From Eledone cirrhosa (taxonomy: Eukaryota), in NCBI GenBank assembly GCA_964016885.1, contig OZ024740.1:200446001-200510000 (forward strand): a stretch of DNA of 64,000 nt, read 5' to 3'. The notes under the pieces were generated by a model. That model saw only the letters and a list, made by a program, of their open reading frames with translations, did no database searches and was not told the origin of the DNA. Shown here piece after piece: positions 44,136-55,856 of this stretch. The first letter of the stretch is position 1; each line of letters starts with the position of its first letter. A program made the position numbers and the translations under genes.

Positions 44136-45628
44136 CAATCTTAATAAATTGACTGATTTATCTGTTCACTACTGCTAATCCACCGCTGTTTGTACAATTT
44201 TTTAGATAATGTCAATTTGAGCTTGAATCATTGGCGTAATGAAATTTGAAAAGATTATAAGCAAATCTTTTTTAAAATACACAGACAACATTTAACTGCA
44301 TCGTTGCAACATTAGATCTAATAATGGAGCAAAATTTGTGCAGAATTATTGTTTGTGCAATAAGATATTTTTTTTTCTCCTATTGTTGATTTAAATTTCA
44401 TATGTCGATTATTATAGTTGAATTAATAAAAAAATTAAATATTACATACAAATAGTTTAACATAATAATTAAAAAAATAATCCAACATAATAATAATAAA
44501 ATAATTTAACACAAAACAAACAATATAGACAAATATACAAGTAAATATGATACAACCAATATTATAAGCATGTTATATAAATAAATCTTGTAATTTAATA
44601 TATAATAGTTAATAATTACTTTTACAAAAGCATATTATATTGGCAAATGGACAAGTAACTATTAACTAGATCATTCATATAAAAGTAAATAAAGGTTACA
44701 ATCAATATTGGAAGGTGCATTATAAAGATATGTAAATAAAAAACGTTATAATTTATTTTAATATATTTTTAAAATATAAGACTAAAAAAAAAATTTTTAA
44801 AGAAAGCATAAAATACAAAACAAAATATAGTTGACACCACACAATGTGCAGATATATAATTTTAGTCAGCCATATTAATCCAAAGTATTAGAGGATTTTT
44901 GTGTTGCTAAAAAAGGCACAAAAATAGTGTATGTATTTTCACATAAAAGGCTTTACCTTATATAATTATCTCATATAATATTGAATCTACGAGAGTTTTA
45001 TGTTATTTGTTTTGAGAAAAATACCTTACTATCAGTATGAGTGGCTAATTATGGCCAGTTTGAATAGAAAGAGGCGAGAGAATTATGGTCGGATATGGTC
45101 TCTTTAAATGCTAAAGCGCTAGAGAGTTTCTGGTACAAAAATTAATACATTGGAATTTAAAATATAATACAACATTGAAAGTAGTTGATATAATGGATAA
45201 AAAATAAAAGATTTATAAAATTAGATAATAATAGATAAAAATATGCTTAATTTAAGATAAAATATTGATAAAATTATAATACATAAAAATTGATATCATA
45301 CGGAGAGTATAGTTCAGTGACAAAATGGTCACACGAATATGGTTGAGTGACATGTGTTTTCAATATTATATCTCAAAAGGCCATAGTAGCTGCAAACCAA
45401 TTTCACAATTTCCCGAGGGTAAAAAAAACAGCAGACATTCACCATGAAGATAATATATCTCAATGGTGGGACTGGATTCATATTCTAATAAATTCAGAAA
45501 TGCCCTAAAGAAATAGAAACAAAGCAATAGTTAGAGATAACAAGACATCTCTCAACCTCTGTTACTTTTTCTTAGGATCAAGCAAATTTTTCAAAAAATG
45601 CTTGCTGCTGTACATTGGCGGTGAAAGT

Positions 45629-48600
45629 TCAATTCAACTTTTCTAAAAACAACAGGTAGTTGTTAAGCAGTTTCGACGGGAAACCTATATACTGCTTGGA
45701 AAAAACGGCATCGTTAATAATGTCCCATCTGTCCTGATTGCGGACGATGCTGGTGTAGTGCCCGGAGTCTGCACTAGCCAGTGAATGCAAGACGGAGCCG
45801 ATTAGTCGGACTTTTTGGCCGTAAATGCTCTGCTTGTTCGGAGAGAAATTCATCAACTCAGAATCAATTCTGATCATCTGATTGTTTGTATATTCGAATC
45901 TATTCAAATAAACAACCAAGTAACGCATTGTGTTTGGAAATACATGGTTAACTGTACCAAAGTGCTCGGTGTCAATGCCACACAGATCGCATCTCTTAAT
46001 GAGCGAAACATCAGTTTTGAGCAAGCTTTTGAATTGCTGCCGACCATTAACAGGCTGCAACGTCAGATCAGACTTGACATCAGTTATATGTGTGCAAGTG
46101 CCACAGCCGTTGATCGATGCACAATAACATTCATCATTGTGCAATCTGGGGCAATTGTGCTCGTGTTTTCTAGTGCAGCTGAGCCAAGTATTTTCCTCAA
46201 AGGTGAATAGTTGTTTAATTTTTTTAGAGAACAACTGATAAATGTGCTTCCAAAAATCGTGCGCACACTGTTGGGTACCATTATTAAACCTGCCACCGAG
46301 AATATTTCTCAAATTTGCGACCGATTTAGTTCCAGATGACGATATAATATCGCTAATTTCACGAATAGCAACATCATCAGTGGACTGAATGTGTTCAACC
46401 AACAACACCAGCTGGCGTATAACTTGCATGGTGCTGTTTACAAAGCAAGCATTTCTCTCATTGATCAGCGAAATGTACGGCTTTGCAACCGTTTTCTCAG
46501 TTCTGGCCTTTTTTGGATTCGCCAAGTTGACCATTCCACTGTCAATATTAATAGCAAATTTACTTTTTTTAGTTGCTTTTTTGGCCTGTCCAATACTGTT
46601 GGGCCTCACGTTACACAATGGAAGCGGTCCCATATTAATGGTCTCTCTCAAATAATTGTATTCTCTCCAAGCACTAGAGTCGCACATGATCAAACTCGTT
46701 GGATCAAGATCAATCAAGTAAACATTGCACAGTTTGCGGGCTCTAGACAAGGCTACATAGGCCATACCGTCTGCAAAAACGCCAGTGCCCAAATCAACAA
46801 CGACTCCATCGACACTTATTCCCTGTGATTTGTGGATGGAAATTGCATATGCAATGCACAAGGGATATTGTTCTCTAGTGATAAAAACACTAGGAGACAA
46901 TTCGTAATCGGCTTTGACACGTTTGATGGCAACAATTTGGTTTGTACTCTCAAAGAGAACGTCAATGGAAGTAATTTTTCCAAACTCATAATTGAGTTGC
47001 TTTACAGTTCCCATTGCACCATTGCACAAGCCTTTCTCAAGATCGATGTTGCGTTTAAGCATAACTCGAGCATTAACGCCAACTTTAAGAACAGTTTCAA
47101 GGCCAGCAGTATCAGAAGTCTTTTTAGTGGTCAGCTTTTTTCTTATTGTTTTCTTTTGACATTTGGTTTGCCTCATATTCGAATCAATAGCCATAAGTTC
47201 AACGGTATTAATGCCAAGTTTATTGAGCATTGCAGCGTTAAACTTTTCTACTGACTCGTTTAGAGGCATGATACAGACGATACTCAAATTAGAAGTCTGT
47301 ATCAGCTCACACATTTTGTAAGCAACCTGATCAATGGAAGCTTTGCCGTTGAGATCAATTCTATGCTTATTTAGAATTTCAATATCTGAATCAAGTGGTG
47401 AACCCAGCCTTATTCGGCCGAGCATGTCAACATAATTATCCAAGTCTTCTTTCTGACGCATGTTGACTGTCAACTCGTCGTACTTGAAGTACCTCCACAA
47501 ATGGTGGCTGCTGACGCCTATGCATGATCTTTGTGCATCTTGGTGAGTAACTTTGTTAAACACCGGCTTTTCTCTAACAGGCGGTAATTGAAGCAAATCT
47601 CCAAAAACAACAATGTTCATTCGCCCGAAAGGAGAAATGCCTTGGGCAAAGTCACAAAACAATTGGCACAATCTCAAGTGAATGAATGCCAACTGCAAAT
47701 GACTGACCATGCTAATCTCATCGATTATGATCAGTCGGACATATTGAAGCCCCATCCTCAGCATTTTCAAAAAGTCCTTTGGTAGATCATCGTACACGGG
47801 AGTTTTACCGTGCTGCACTTTGAGCTTTAGCATTCGATGAACAGTCATGCCGTTGAGTTGGAAAGCAGCCATTCCTGTGGGTGCCGATATCACTACGCTC
47901 GGGCCATTGTCATTTGGATACATGTACTGAATTTTATCAGCCAGTACATTTATCAAAAAACTCTTGCCCGTGCCACCAACACCTGAAACAAATTTCAAGA
48001 CTTGTGGACAATCATCGCAACTACATCTCGGATAAGGTTTGCTGTTGTCCCAATGTTTGTCTTGTTTGTCAATACCGGCAACGATATCGTCATAAATTTT
48101 TCTTTGCACTTCATTCAGTTTATTTTCTTTATGCCTCAGTGCATCCTCATTGACATCTCTCATGCAAGGCAAATCGACATTAGCATCATCAACTGCCAAC
48201 GCCTCCATGTGATCACCGCAAGAATGGTCATCATTATCATGAGACTGAGGTTCGTTTTGAATATGTTTGGCTTGTTCCAGCGCATTCTCCAAACGTTTGC
48301 GCACATTCTGGAACCTGACCATTTCAGATAAATGGTTTGCACACTGTTCAAAAGACTCTTTATAAGTCTCACAACCTCCCAGCAAGTCTTTTTCCTCGTC
48401 TCGCCAAGGTTTAAAGAGTATAAGCAGGTTGTGGTGATAGCGCTCACAGGTATCTGCAGTCAATCTAATGTTTGGCGACTTCACAATCCGCTCTTTCACA
48501 GATTTGAAATAGCCAAGATTATTTCTCAACCTGAAGTCGTCATCAAAATTGCTGTTACCAATTGGATTCACATGTTCGTATTTACTCGCAAGTTCATACA

Positions 48601-51600
48601 AACACATGTGCTCCATCGAATCAGGCCTGTTTGGATACCAATTTTCGACCATATTCTCGTAATAAAGATCGGTAGAATACGGTTTCAATTTATCCAGTTC
48701 ATACTGAGGCCTGAACCTGTGGGATCGGTAACTAGGCAAATCGGCCCCAATCCAAATGAGGCTTTCAGAGCATCCATAAAAATGGTGGCCAAGCAATTTG
48801 TCTGCAGCCTCATAGGCACCTGTATCACGCTTGCCCATCAGCTTAAGTCCGACACTCTTGTATCTGGAGTAAATGGACTTGGACTTGTCAATCTCAGCCC
48901 AAATACCTTCAGTTTCAGTCTTTTCGGACTTTGTCTGATAACTAGTAACATATCGGTTTAGAATCATGCTATCTTCACCGATGTATTGGATATCGACATT
49001 AGCTTTCCAGACATACAGAACAACAGGATTGTAGTCATTGATGCACTCTTCCCCTTGTCGTCTGTCAAGCTTGTACAACTTTTTGACAGCTCTACCTTTG
49101 TGTCGAGATTTTATGCACTCGTTGACGCTAAGCAAATTGAAATTCCCGATAGGACGAGGAAATCCAAACCTGCATCGAGTGTAAAAACGACCACTCGAAA
49201 ATATTTGCCTTTTGCAGGATCCACTACACACATGTCGTTGAAAACGCAACACCAAGTCTGACAAAACGGGGCTTTCTACATTGGACGGCATGCGACATGT
49301 GATCATGGACTGTATAAACGTCTGAATAGCATACTTGTCGTCTCTGTCCATAATAGGGCCATCTTTAATCCATAATTTCATATGAACATGCGGAGCACCT
49401 CTCATTTGGTATTCCAACCTCCAAAAAAAGTGCTCGACAATACCAAACGGAGAATTGGTATGTTTAACAACTTCTTTCATAAAGGTGGTGAACCGATGGT
49501 GAAAATGTTCGCTAACAGCCACCACGTCATCCGCGCACAACTCATTGGTGCGTTTTCTAGAAATGTCTGGTATGTCAGCATTCAACTTTTCCAGGAACTC
49601 TCTCAGATCAGGCCAAAAGTACTCTGCACAAGACAAAGTTAAGAACAAGTGGGCCGGGCCAAATTTCTCGTCCATAGCCATCAAGTCTGAACATTTTCTA
49701 GACCAAAACTGCTTGGAACCACGGACATTGGCCATCATCATATTTAAATTGCCCTCTAGGTGCCTGTCATTTTCATGAAGCCGCCTTCTAAACTCGCTTA
49801 TAGTCATGCGGCTGTTTTTGGTGGTCTTCATGATGGCATATATACCAGAATCAATGCCTCTCTTGTCGGCTTTATCAAGACAAAACATGAGATATTGTAT
49901 ATCTCGCCGAAATCTAGAGTCGCTATGATTCAGTCTGTTTCTTATGAACATGTATGGCTTTACAGCGCCAAACGGTCTATTGTCCACGAAAATGCCAAAC
50001 TGACCAGTTGGATAAAGACAAGGAAAGCACAACAACTCAAGTTTTTTATCATTGTCTGCAATGAAATCGCCTTCCACTCTTTTCATTTTGTACAAAGCCA
50101 AGTCAGTGTCTGCAGGGAGACACGGATTCATGTCTTTAACAGTGTGATGCTCATAGGTAATGCCAGCATTCGATTTAAGTAAAAGATTATCGAATTTGGC
50201 ATTATTAACTCCCGAGCACTCGACAATGTTTTCATTTTCCGTATCGGCGTAGCGATTGATCTTAACATCGGCATACATTACATTGTTTGCTGCAAGCCAA
50301 TCAAGTGCCTTCAATACTTTACTCATGTCTACCATTGAACGCCAGATAATTTGTTTCCGCGAAGGCAAGCTATCAACGACTATTTTAAGCATGTCGTCTT
50401 GAAGCGCAGGTAACGTATCCATGGTGCGGTTAATAGTTCCGTCCATAGGCAAAGGCAAGTGAATTGCAATTCCTTTAATAGCGGAAATGCATGCTGAAAT
50501 ATTGCCTTTGAATGAGTATGGCACCAGTTTTATTACATTGACGAAACATTTGGCCCGTTGTACAAGTATTCGCTCATATGTATTAAGATCAGCAAGTTCT
50601 TTGGGAACGGCAGCAACGCCCAAGCCATTTATTGAGGCCATTGAAGGCACCCCACTGTTTCGCAAATGTGTAGTGCATGTTGTGCAGACTGTGCAAGGCA
50701 AAGAGTAGTTGGCAGTTATTGCATCCTTTGCAACGGCCGTTTTAAAATATCTAGAGTTCCAATTATCCCAAACTTTTAGTTCCTTGCTATATTTGAGCAG
50801 TTTGCTGATATGACAATGTTGGATTTTATAGTTGGTAATTTCAGATTGAAATCTTTGAACTTGATTACCATATTTATGAATGACATCTGCATCAGTGTGT
50901 TCGACATCATTGAAACCAGTGCACATATTATTGAATTTAACTGCAATAGCACGCTCAATGTTGGCAACGTCTGTCAAATTCTCAAAGTTGGTCCAATCGC
51001 CATTGAAAACAGCTTCATTGTACTTGTTGAGCCAAATACATAAGGACCGAACTTTATAAATTTTCCTCAGCAATGTGCGCAACTTTGGCGAGTGAACTGC
51101 TATGGATTTTAAAAAGCCAAATTCACTGGTGCAGCCAGTTTGACCGATGCAGTGCTGATCATTATCATGAGTAACATTGCAAAACTCATATTTCTCGATC
51201 AACTGCCTTATTTCAGCAACTGTCATATCGGGATTGAGTTTTGGAAGTTTATCATCAATTCTTTGGCACAAAGTTAGACGAGTAGCTGAGTCATTTGGAC
51301 ATGTATCTAATATGGAAGACCCGCAAGGTCTAACCAAACATTTAGACACATCATTATCATCATTCTGCTCGTCAGCATTAGCCATGTCATTCACAATGTT
51401 GTTTGTCTCCTTATTATTGATAACGACTATTCGGACTTTCTCAACGGACTGATTTTTAAACTCATCCATTTTCATGTACTTTGCAGTGCTCTTGTCAAAA
51501 TTAGGAAGCTCATTGGTGGAACTGTGATAATGTTGATTTCCCCAATAATGCAACAAACCGTTAGCATTGATCTTTTCCATCAATGTATGCACAGCTTTAA

Positions 51601-52306
51601 CATTTATTTTTAATTGAGCACACACAAAATTTCGCATCCCAACAGATCTGGAGAACACACTCAGCACGTGACTATATGCGTCGTTGCGAAGACTGGTATC
51701 TGTTATTGTCTTTTTATATGACTTAACAAATTGGGACATCAAGATCTGATGCTGCATCCGGAAGTCAACCATTTTATTTAGTTTCTTCATTTGATACAAA
51801 GACCGCTTATGAAGAAACTTTTTTTTATAATATGTTTTCTCATAAGACTGTATATTATCTTTATGGTGAATTTTATACATAGCCTTTGTTTGTAATACTT
51901 TGTCTTGATTTGCAGATCTGTACTTGGTCTGCTCTTTAGCCAACTCGGTACGTTTAGAAGCTCTACGCTCGGCTTGCTTTTGAGATATAATAGCTGAATT
52001 TGCAGATCTATACTTGGCCTGCTTGTTTGCCAACTCATACCGTTTTGAACATCTATACTTGGCCTGTTTTTGTCTCAACTTCTCCCGATTCCGCATCCGG
52101 TAAGCTGCTTTCACATCCAATTTAATATGCCCATCTAGATTATTAGCACAGGAATGTGAACAAGCTTGTGGGACCGCATCATTGTAAGTATATGAACTGC
52201 CTGCAACATCAAGACCCAATTCACAAGTGCAGCGTTGCTCATTCACATCGGCAGTGGGGACACCAAAATCAGTGACAGGTCTCGATTCACTCGCGAGATA
52301 CATCAC
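45629..52306 (-). CDS. Intact 2225-aa Helitron-like (HLE2/Helentron-type) HUH Rep-Pif1 helicase with a C-terminal USP (peptidase C19)-like domain
   Basis: Rep: FLTLSCAE, EYQMRGAPHVH, YVTSYQTK. Helicase: GVGGTGKS, APTGMAA, IIDEISMV, FGDLLQLPPV, NMRQ, HKSQG, YVALSR. USP: LINERNACFVNSTMQ, QQCAHDF, LNRF, GHYTS, INDA. Confidence 0.93.
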   Translation of the reverse strand: MMYLASESRPVTDFGVPTADVNEQRCTCELGLDVAGSSYTYNDAVPQACSHSCANNLDGHIKLDVKAAYRMRNREKLRQKQAKYRCSKRYELANKQAKYRSANSAIISQKQAERRASKRTELAKEQTKYRSANQDKVLQTKAMYKIHHKDNIQSYEKTYYKKKFLHKRSLYQMKKLNKMVDFRMQHQILMSQFVKSYKKTITDTSLRNDAYSHVLSVFSRSVGMRNFVCAQLKINVKAVHTLMEKINANGLLHYWGNQHYHSSTNELPNFDKSTAKYMKMDEFKNQSVEKVRIVVINNKETNNIVNDMANADEQNDDNDVSKCLVRPCGSSILDTCPNDSATRLTLCQRIDDKLPKLNPDMTVAEIRQLIEKYEFCNVTHDNDQHCIGQTGCTSEFGFLKSIAVHSPKLRTLLRKIYKVRSLCIWLNKYNEAVFNGDWTNFENLTDVANIERAIAVKFNNMCTGFNDVEHTDADVIHKYGNQVQRFQSEITNYKIQHCHISKLLKYSKELKVWDNWNSRYFKTAVAKDAITANYSLPCTVCTTCTTHLRNSGVPSMASINGLGVAAVPKELADLNTYERILVQRAKCFVNVIKLVPYSFKGNISACISAIKGIAIHLPLPMDGTINRTMDTLPALQDDMLKIVVDSLPSRKQIIWRSMVDMSKVLKALDWLAANNVMYADVKINRYADTENENIVECSGVNNAKFDNLLLKSNAGITYEHHTVKDMNPCLPADTDLALYKMKRVEGDFIADNDKKLELLCFPCLYPTGQFGIFVDNRPFGAVKPYMFIRNRLNHSDSRFRRDIQYLMFCLDKADKRGIDSGIYAIMKTTKNSRMTISEFRRRLHENDRHLEGNLNMMMANVRGSKQFWSRKCSDLMAMDEKFGPAHLFLTLSCAEYFWPDLREFLEKLNADIPDISRKRTNELCADDVVAVSEHFHHRFTTFMKEVVKHTNSPFGIVEHFFWRLEYQMRGAPHVHMKLWIKDGPIMDRDDKYAIQTFIQSMITCRMPSNVESPVLSDLVLRFQRHVCSGSCKRQIFSSGRFYTRCRFGFPRPIGNFNLLSVNECIKSRHKGRAVKKLYKLDRRQGEECINDYNPVVLYVWKANVDIQYIGEDSMILNRYVTSYQTKSEKTETEGIWAEIDKSKSIYSRYKSVGLKLMGKRDTGAYEAADKLLGHHFYGCSESLIWIGADLPSYRSHRFRPQYELDKLKPYSTDLYYENMVENWYPNRPDSMEHMCLYELASKYEHVNPIGNSNFDDDFRLRNNLGYFKSVKERIVKSPNIRLTADTCERYHHNLLILFKPWRDEEKDLLGGCETYKESFEQCANHLSEMVRFQNVRKRLENALEQAKHIQNEPQSHDNDDHSCGDHMEALAVDDANVDLPCMRDVNEDALRHKENKLNEVQRKIYDDIVAGIDKQDKHWDNSKPYPRCSCDDCPQVLKFVSGVGGTGKSFLINVLADKIQYMYPNDNGPSVVISAPTGMAAFQLNGMTVHRMLKLKVQHGKTPVYDDLPKDFLKMLRMGLQYVRLIIIDEISMVSHLQLAFIHLRLCQLFCDFAQGISPFGRMNIVVFGDLLQLPPVREKPVFNKVTHQDAQRSCIGVSSHHLWRYFKYDELTVNMRQKEDLDNYVDMLGRIRLGSPLDSDIEILNKHRIDLNGKASIDQVAYKMCELIQTSNLSIVCIMPLNESVEKFNAAMLNKLGINTVELMAIDSNMRQTKCQKKTIRKKLTTKKTSDTAGLETVLKVGVNARVMLKRNIDLEKGLCNGAMGTVKQLNYEFGKITSIDVLFESTNQIVAIKRVKADYELSPSVFITREQYPLCIAYAISIHKSQGISVDGVVVDLGTGVFADGMAYVALSRARKLCNVYLIDLDPTSLIMCDSSAWREYNYLRETINMGPLPLCNVRPNSIGQAKKATKKSKFAINIDSGMVNLANPKKARTEKTVAKPYISLINERNACFVNSTMQVIRQLVLLVEHIQSTDDVAIREISDIISSSGTKSVANLRNILGGRFNNGTQQCAHDFWKHIYQLFSKKIKQLFTFEENTWLSCTRKHEHNCPRLHNDECYCASINGCGTCTHITDVKSDLTLQPVNGRQQFKSLLKTDVSLIKRCDLCGIDTEHFGTVNHVFPNTMRYLVVYLNRFEYTNNQMIRIDSELMNFSPNKQSIYGQKVRLIGSVLHSLASADSGHYTSIVRNQDRWDIINDAVFSKQYIGFPSKLLNNYLLFLEKLN

Positions 52307-52366
52307 AGCTACACTATATATTTAAACATATATACAGTGATACCTCGCTACTTGGCGGTTCATACG

Positions 52367-52417
<51 letters not shown>

Positions 52418-52670
52418 TAAGTAATTAATACCGTATAAATGGTACAAAGACTGTTTATATAAAATGTATTTCTCAACAGAGCATTGAATACTTAGGAGAA
52501 ATTCAAAACGAAGAGTGATAAAATTTTCAAGCAAAGAGTTTAATTAGGTAATGACTTACAAATTTGTTTCAGTATATAGACAAAGCCTGAAGCGTTAATT
52601 ATAATAATTAGTTAATAATATTACAAAATATACCTAATTAAACTCTTTGCTTGAAATTTTATCATTCTTC

Positions 52671-52763
<93 letters not shown>

Positions 52764-55602
52764 GAGATTTATCTAGTCCTTCGCTCAAGATTAATCTATA
52801 AGTTTAGATGTTTGCCTTCGTTTAAGTAAATATTACAGTAAGATTTTTAATATAAACAACTACAAAAAACAATTAATATTAAAACGAAAAAATTATCAAT
52901 GATAAAAGAAGCGGATGCAACTTTTTTTTTTATAAAGTTATATTCCTGTTTCTTTAAAGAACATTTCATTTTTGTTCTATTGTAGGCGAAATAATGCAAT
53001 GGTTTAATAGGGAAGATATAACTTACGAATTATGTCTCTAACCGTGTAACGCTTTTTAAGTAGATAACTACAATTGAAAATACTAAAGAAATGGAACCAA
53101 CAATTCAATTTGAAAGTCGTCTAGTGACAGTGTATTACTGGTACTTTATTTTATCGACCCCGTAACGATGAAAGGCAAAAATGCAAATGCTTAAAATTTA
53201 AATTGCCTTAATTCTATCGTCTGCTGTTTCATTAAAGGGAGATTATCGTCTGTATTTAATTCTATCGTCTACTGTTCCACTAAACAGATATACCTCCACT
53301 ATCGTCTCTATTTATACATTTTAACTTATAACTTATACACATTTGATTTGAAATATTTTATCTAGTCCCCCCTCTCAATATTATGATGATTTCTTTCGAA
53401 TGAAACAGTTCTAGTCCTGTAGAAGCCATTTATATATATAATTGAACTGAGTTAAAAATTCACAATATTTATAATTAAATAAGCTCATATATATATGTGT
53501 GTATTTATCTGTTTATTGTATTATATATAATGTGTGTATATACAGGATGTCCCCCAAAAATATATACACACTTCAACAGCATTCTAATAACTATTGCCTG
53601 TACAGGTAATCAAAGTGTCAATCGAATGTTAGTTTCGTGTTTTAACAGTACAAATCTACAATACACACATAAAACCAGTGTATATACATACATGAGTGTG
53701 TATACACATACATGAATGTGTATATACAATATATATGTATATATATATATATAGACACATATATTCACGGTGCAACGGTACATTAAAATATAGATGCGGG
53801 AGAGGGGGGGTGTATATATAGGGGCGCTGGGGATAAAGGAGTGTAAAGCGTGTGTAATTGATATATTGAAGGAGAGGAGCGTGCAGCGACAGAGTAACAA
53901 ATATATAGAGAGGGGGAGAGATGGTATTGAAGGGGAGGAGTGCAAAGCGAAAGAGTAAGAGATATAAATAGAGACGGAACAGATAGAGAGAAACAGGCGT
54001 AAGTAACAGTGGATGAGATATAGAGAGAGGTACTCTGATTGGTTGAAAATTAGCCAATGACATACGATCACCACCACGGCTATCCCCGAAAAATTTTTAG
54101 ATAAGCTAGGCATATATGTTAGAACACGAAAAGTGAACATTCTGTTGTTTCACACTTTTCGTGTTCTAACAGATATGTAGCGACTGTAAAAATAATGAGG
54201 TGAAAAGTTATGCGTGCGTCTGCGTGAATGTATGTCTGTGTGTGTCTGTCTTAGTATATGTATTTGAGAGCGTATGTGTGTGAGTGTGTAGCAACAACAG
54301 TTACCCGGCCAACGGTAATTCAGCTAGTTATATATATAATATTTGTGTACATGAGTGTACTTGGAGTGTACTTTGTGTTATGGATATCACACAAAATAAG
54401 AACAAAAATAAAATATCTCATAGTTACTGTTAGTGGAAAATAAATGGGTGTGTAATAAAGAAATATATTGGAACAATTAAACGTTTATAAAATGATTTCC
54501 TTCTTTGCGAAAGTACATTTAAATAACATTCTTCTTGTTGAATGAATAAAAAAAATAACATATGTAATTATATCCGCTTCAAAGAAATAGTGTTTGCATA
54601 ATACTGAGATATAACCTTCATAAAATTAGCATTTCAAATAATTTAGGCTTTCAAGTAGAAAATGTATTAAATGAAATATAACTTTAAATTTATCAAAATT
54701 CTGAGATGCCACCGAACAGTTTTAATGTATAAAATGATAAACCAATTCAATCCTTTGTTTCATACATCTCATCAAACATGAACAAATAATACACAATTGT
54801 AAATTGTGAATTTTGGTAGAAAGGTATATACATTATTCAATGATTTCTTCAGTTATTTTAGTTTCGTTAGAGAAAAAATATCCGAGTTTATTGAAATTCT
54901 TGAACAGATATTGAGAAGAAAAAACGTCATTATACACACGACACTCCTTATCTTTCTCTATTTCGCACCCTTTCTTTATTCCAACTATCTTTCTCTCACT
55001 CTCTAGCAAATGAAAAACATTAAATAAGAAATAAGAAAAAATTGTAGAAATAACATAATTCTTTTGTTTTTATGAAGCAATGCATTTTTATCGATTTCTC
55101 GCCATTGATTTCACATAAATGAAACTGAAACGCATATACTATTGAAATATGAATTAATATAGCAAAAGAACGAAGTAGATACATGTAAAATAGTAACATA
55201 TAATAACAAGGTAAAATGGTGATGCATCGTAGTGTATCATTATAGTCAAATATATGGAGAACGTCTTTCTGAAATGTTTATTATAAACTTGCAAGTCATT
55301 AGCAATAACAACTGTTAAGTGATTGTATACAAAATATTAACAATGACAAAATGAAAAAAAATCACAGAAACAAAAGGGAGAACTATTGCTATTCTATTCA
55401 ATACGTGAAGTATTATATTGTTTCCATTGTTGGTTATTTATTTTTTGTTCTCAAACTGGAATATTTGAAAATTTAGGTTAATGACGTCACTGAAATTTCT
55501 GTATGATTAACGTTCACTCATGATATGTATATTTTTTTTCATTTTTTTTTCACTTTTTTAAAAATACTTCATTTATAAATGAAATAATAATAATGATTAT
55601 TA

Positions 55603-55710
55603 TCCCGCCGAGGTTGACTTTGCCTTTCATCCTTACGGGGTCGATAAAATAAAGTACCAGTAATGCACTGGGTATTTGCTGTCCTTGTGCCTAAAGTAGA
55701 AACAATTATT
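55603..55710 (+). mobile_element. SINE 3' half
   Basis: Matches 40167-40275. Confidence 0.85.
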
Positions 55711-55856
55711 ATTATTAGTCTCCTTTATAAATATTATTTTACACAAAGAAAAATCCACTTGTATCGTCCTCCATTGTCGTTAATGTTTCCTTAATATGAG
55801 CCCTGTCTGCCTAATAAAACAATGATTATTATTTTTTGTTGTTATTATTAGTATTA

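Larger units (their letters stand above)
40335..54327 (+). mobile_element. Putative non-autonomous Helitron split by ~13 kb of nested sequence
   Basis: A|TCTCTCTATATATAAAA...tgtctgtctgttc...acggctggacc at the 5' end; hairpin ttacc(c)g-gccaa-cggtaa plus CTAG|T at 54301-54328; same TG-rich internal repeat at 40728-40800 and 54205-54290. Confidence 0.55.

Noticed and set aside
45815-52038. Antisense and alternative-frame ORFs overlapping RepHel
   Set aside because: Shadow ORFs of a long coding sequence, with no motifs.
52335-52362. Tc1/Tigger-like TIR stubs (also at ~53542)
   Set aside because: Single short ends with no partner TIR or transposase.
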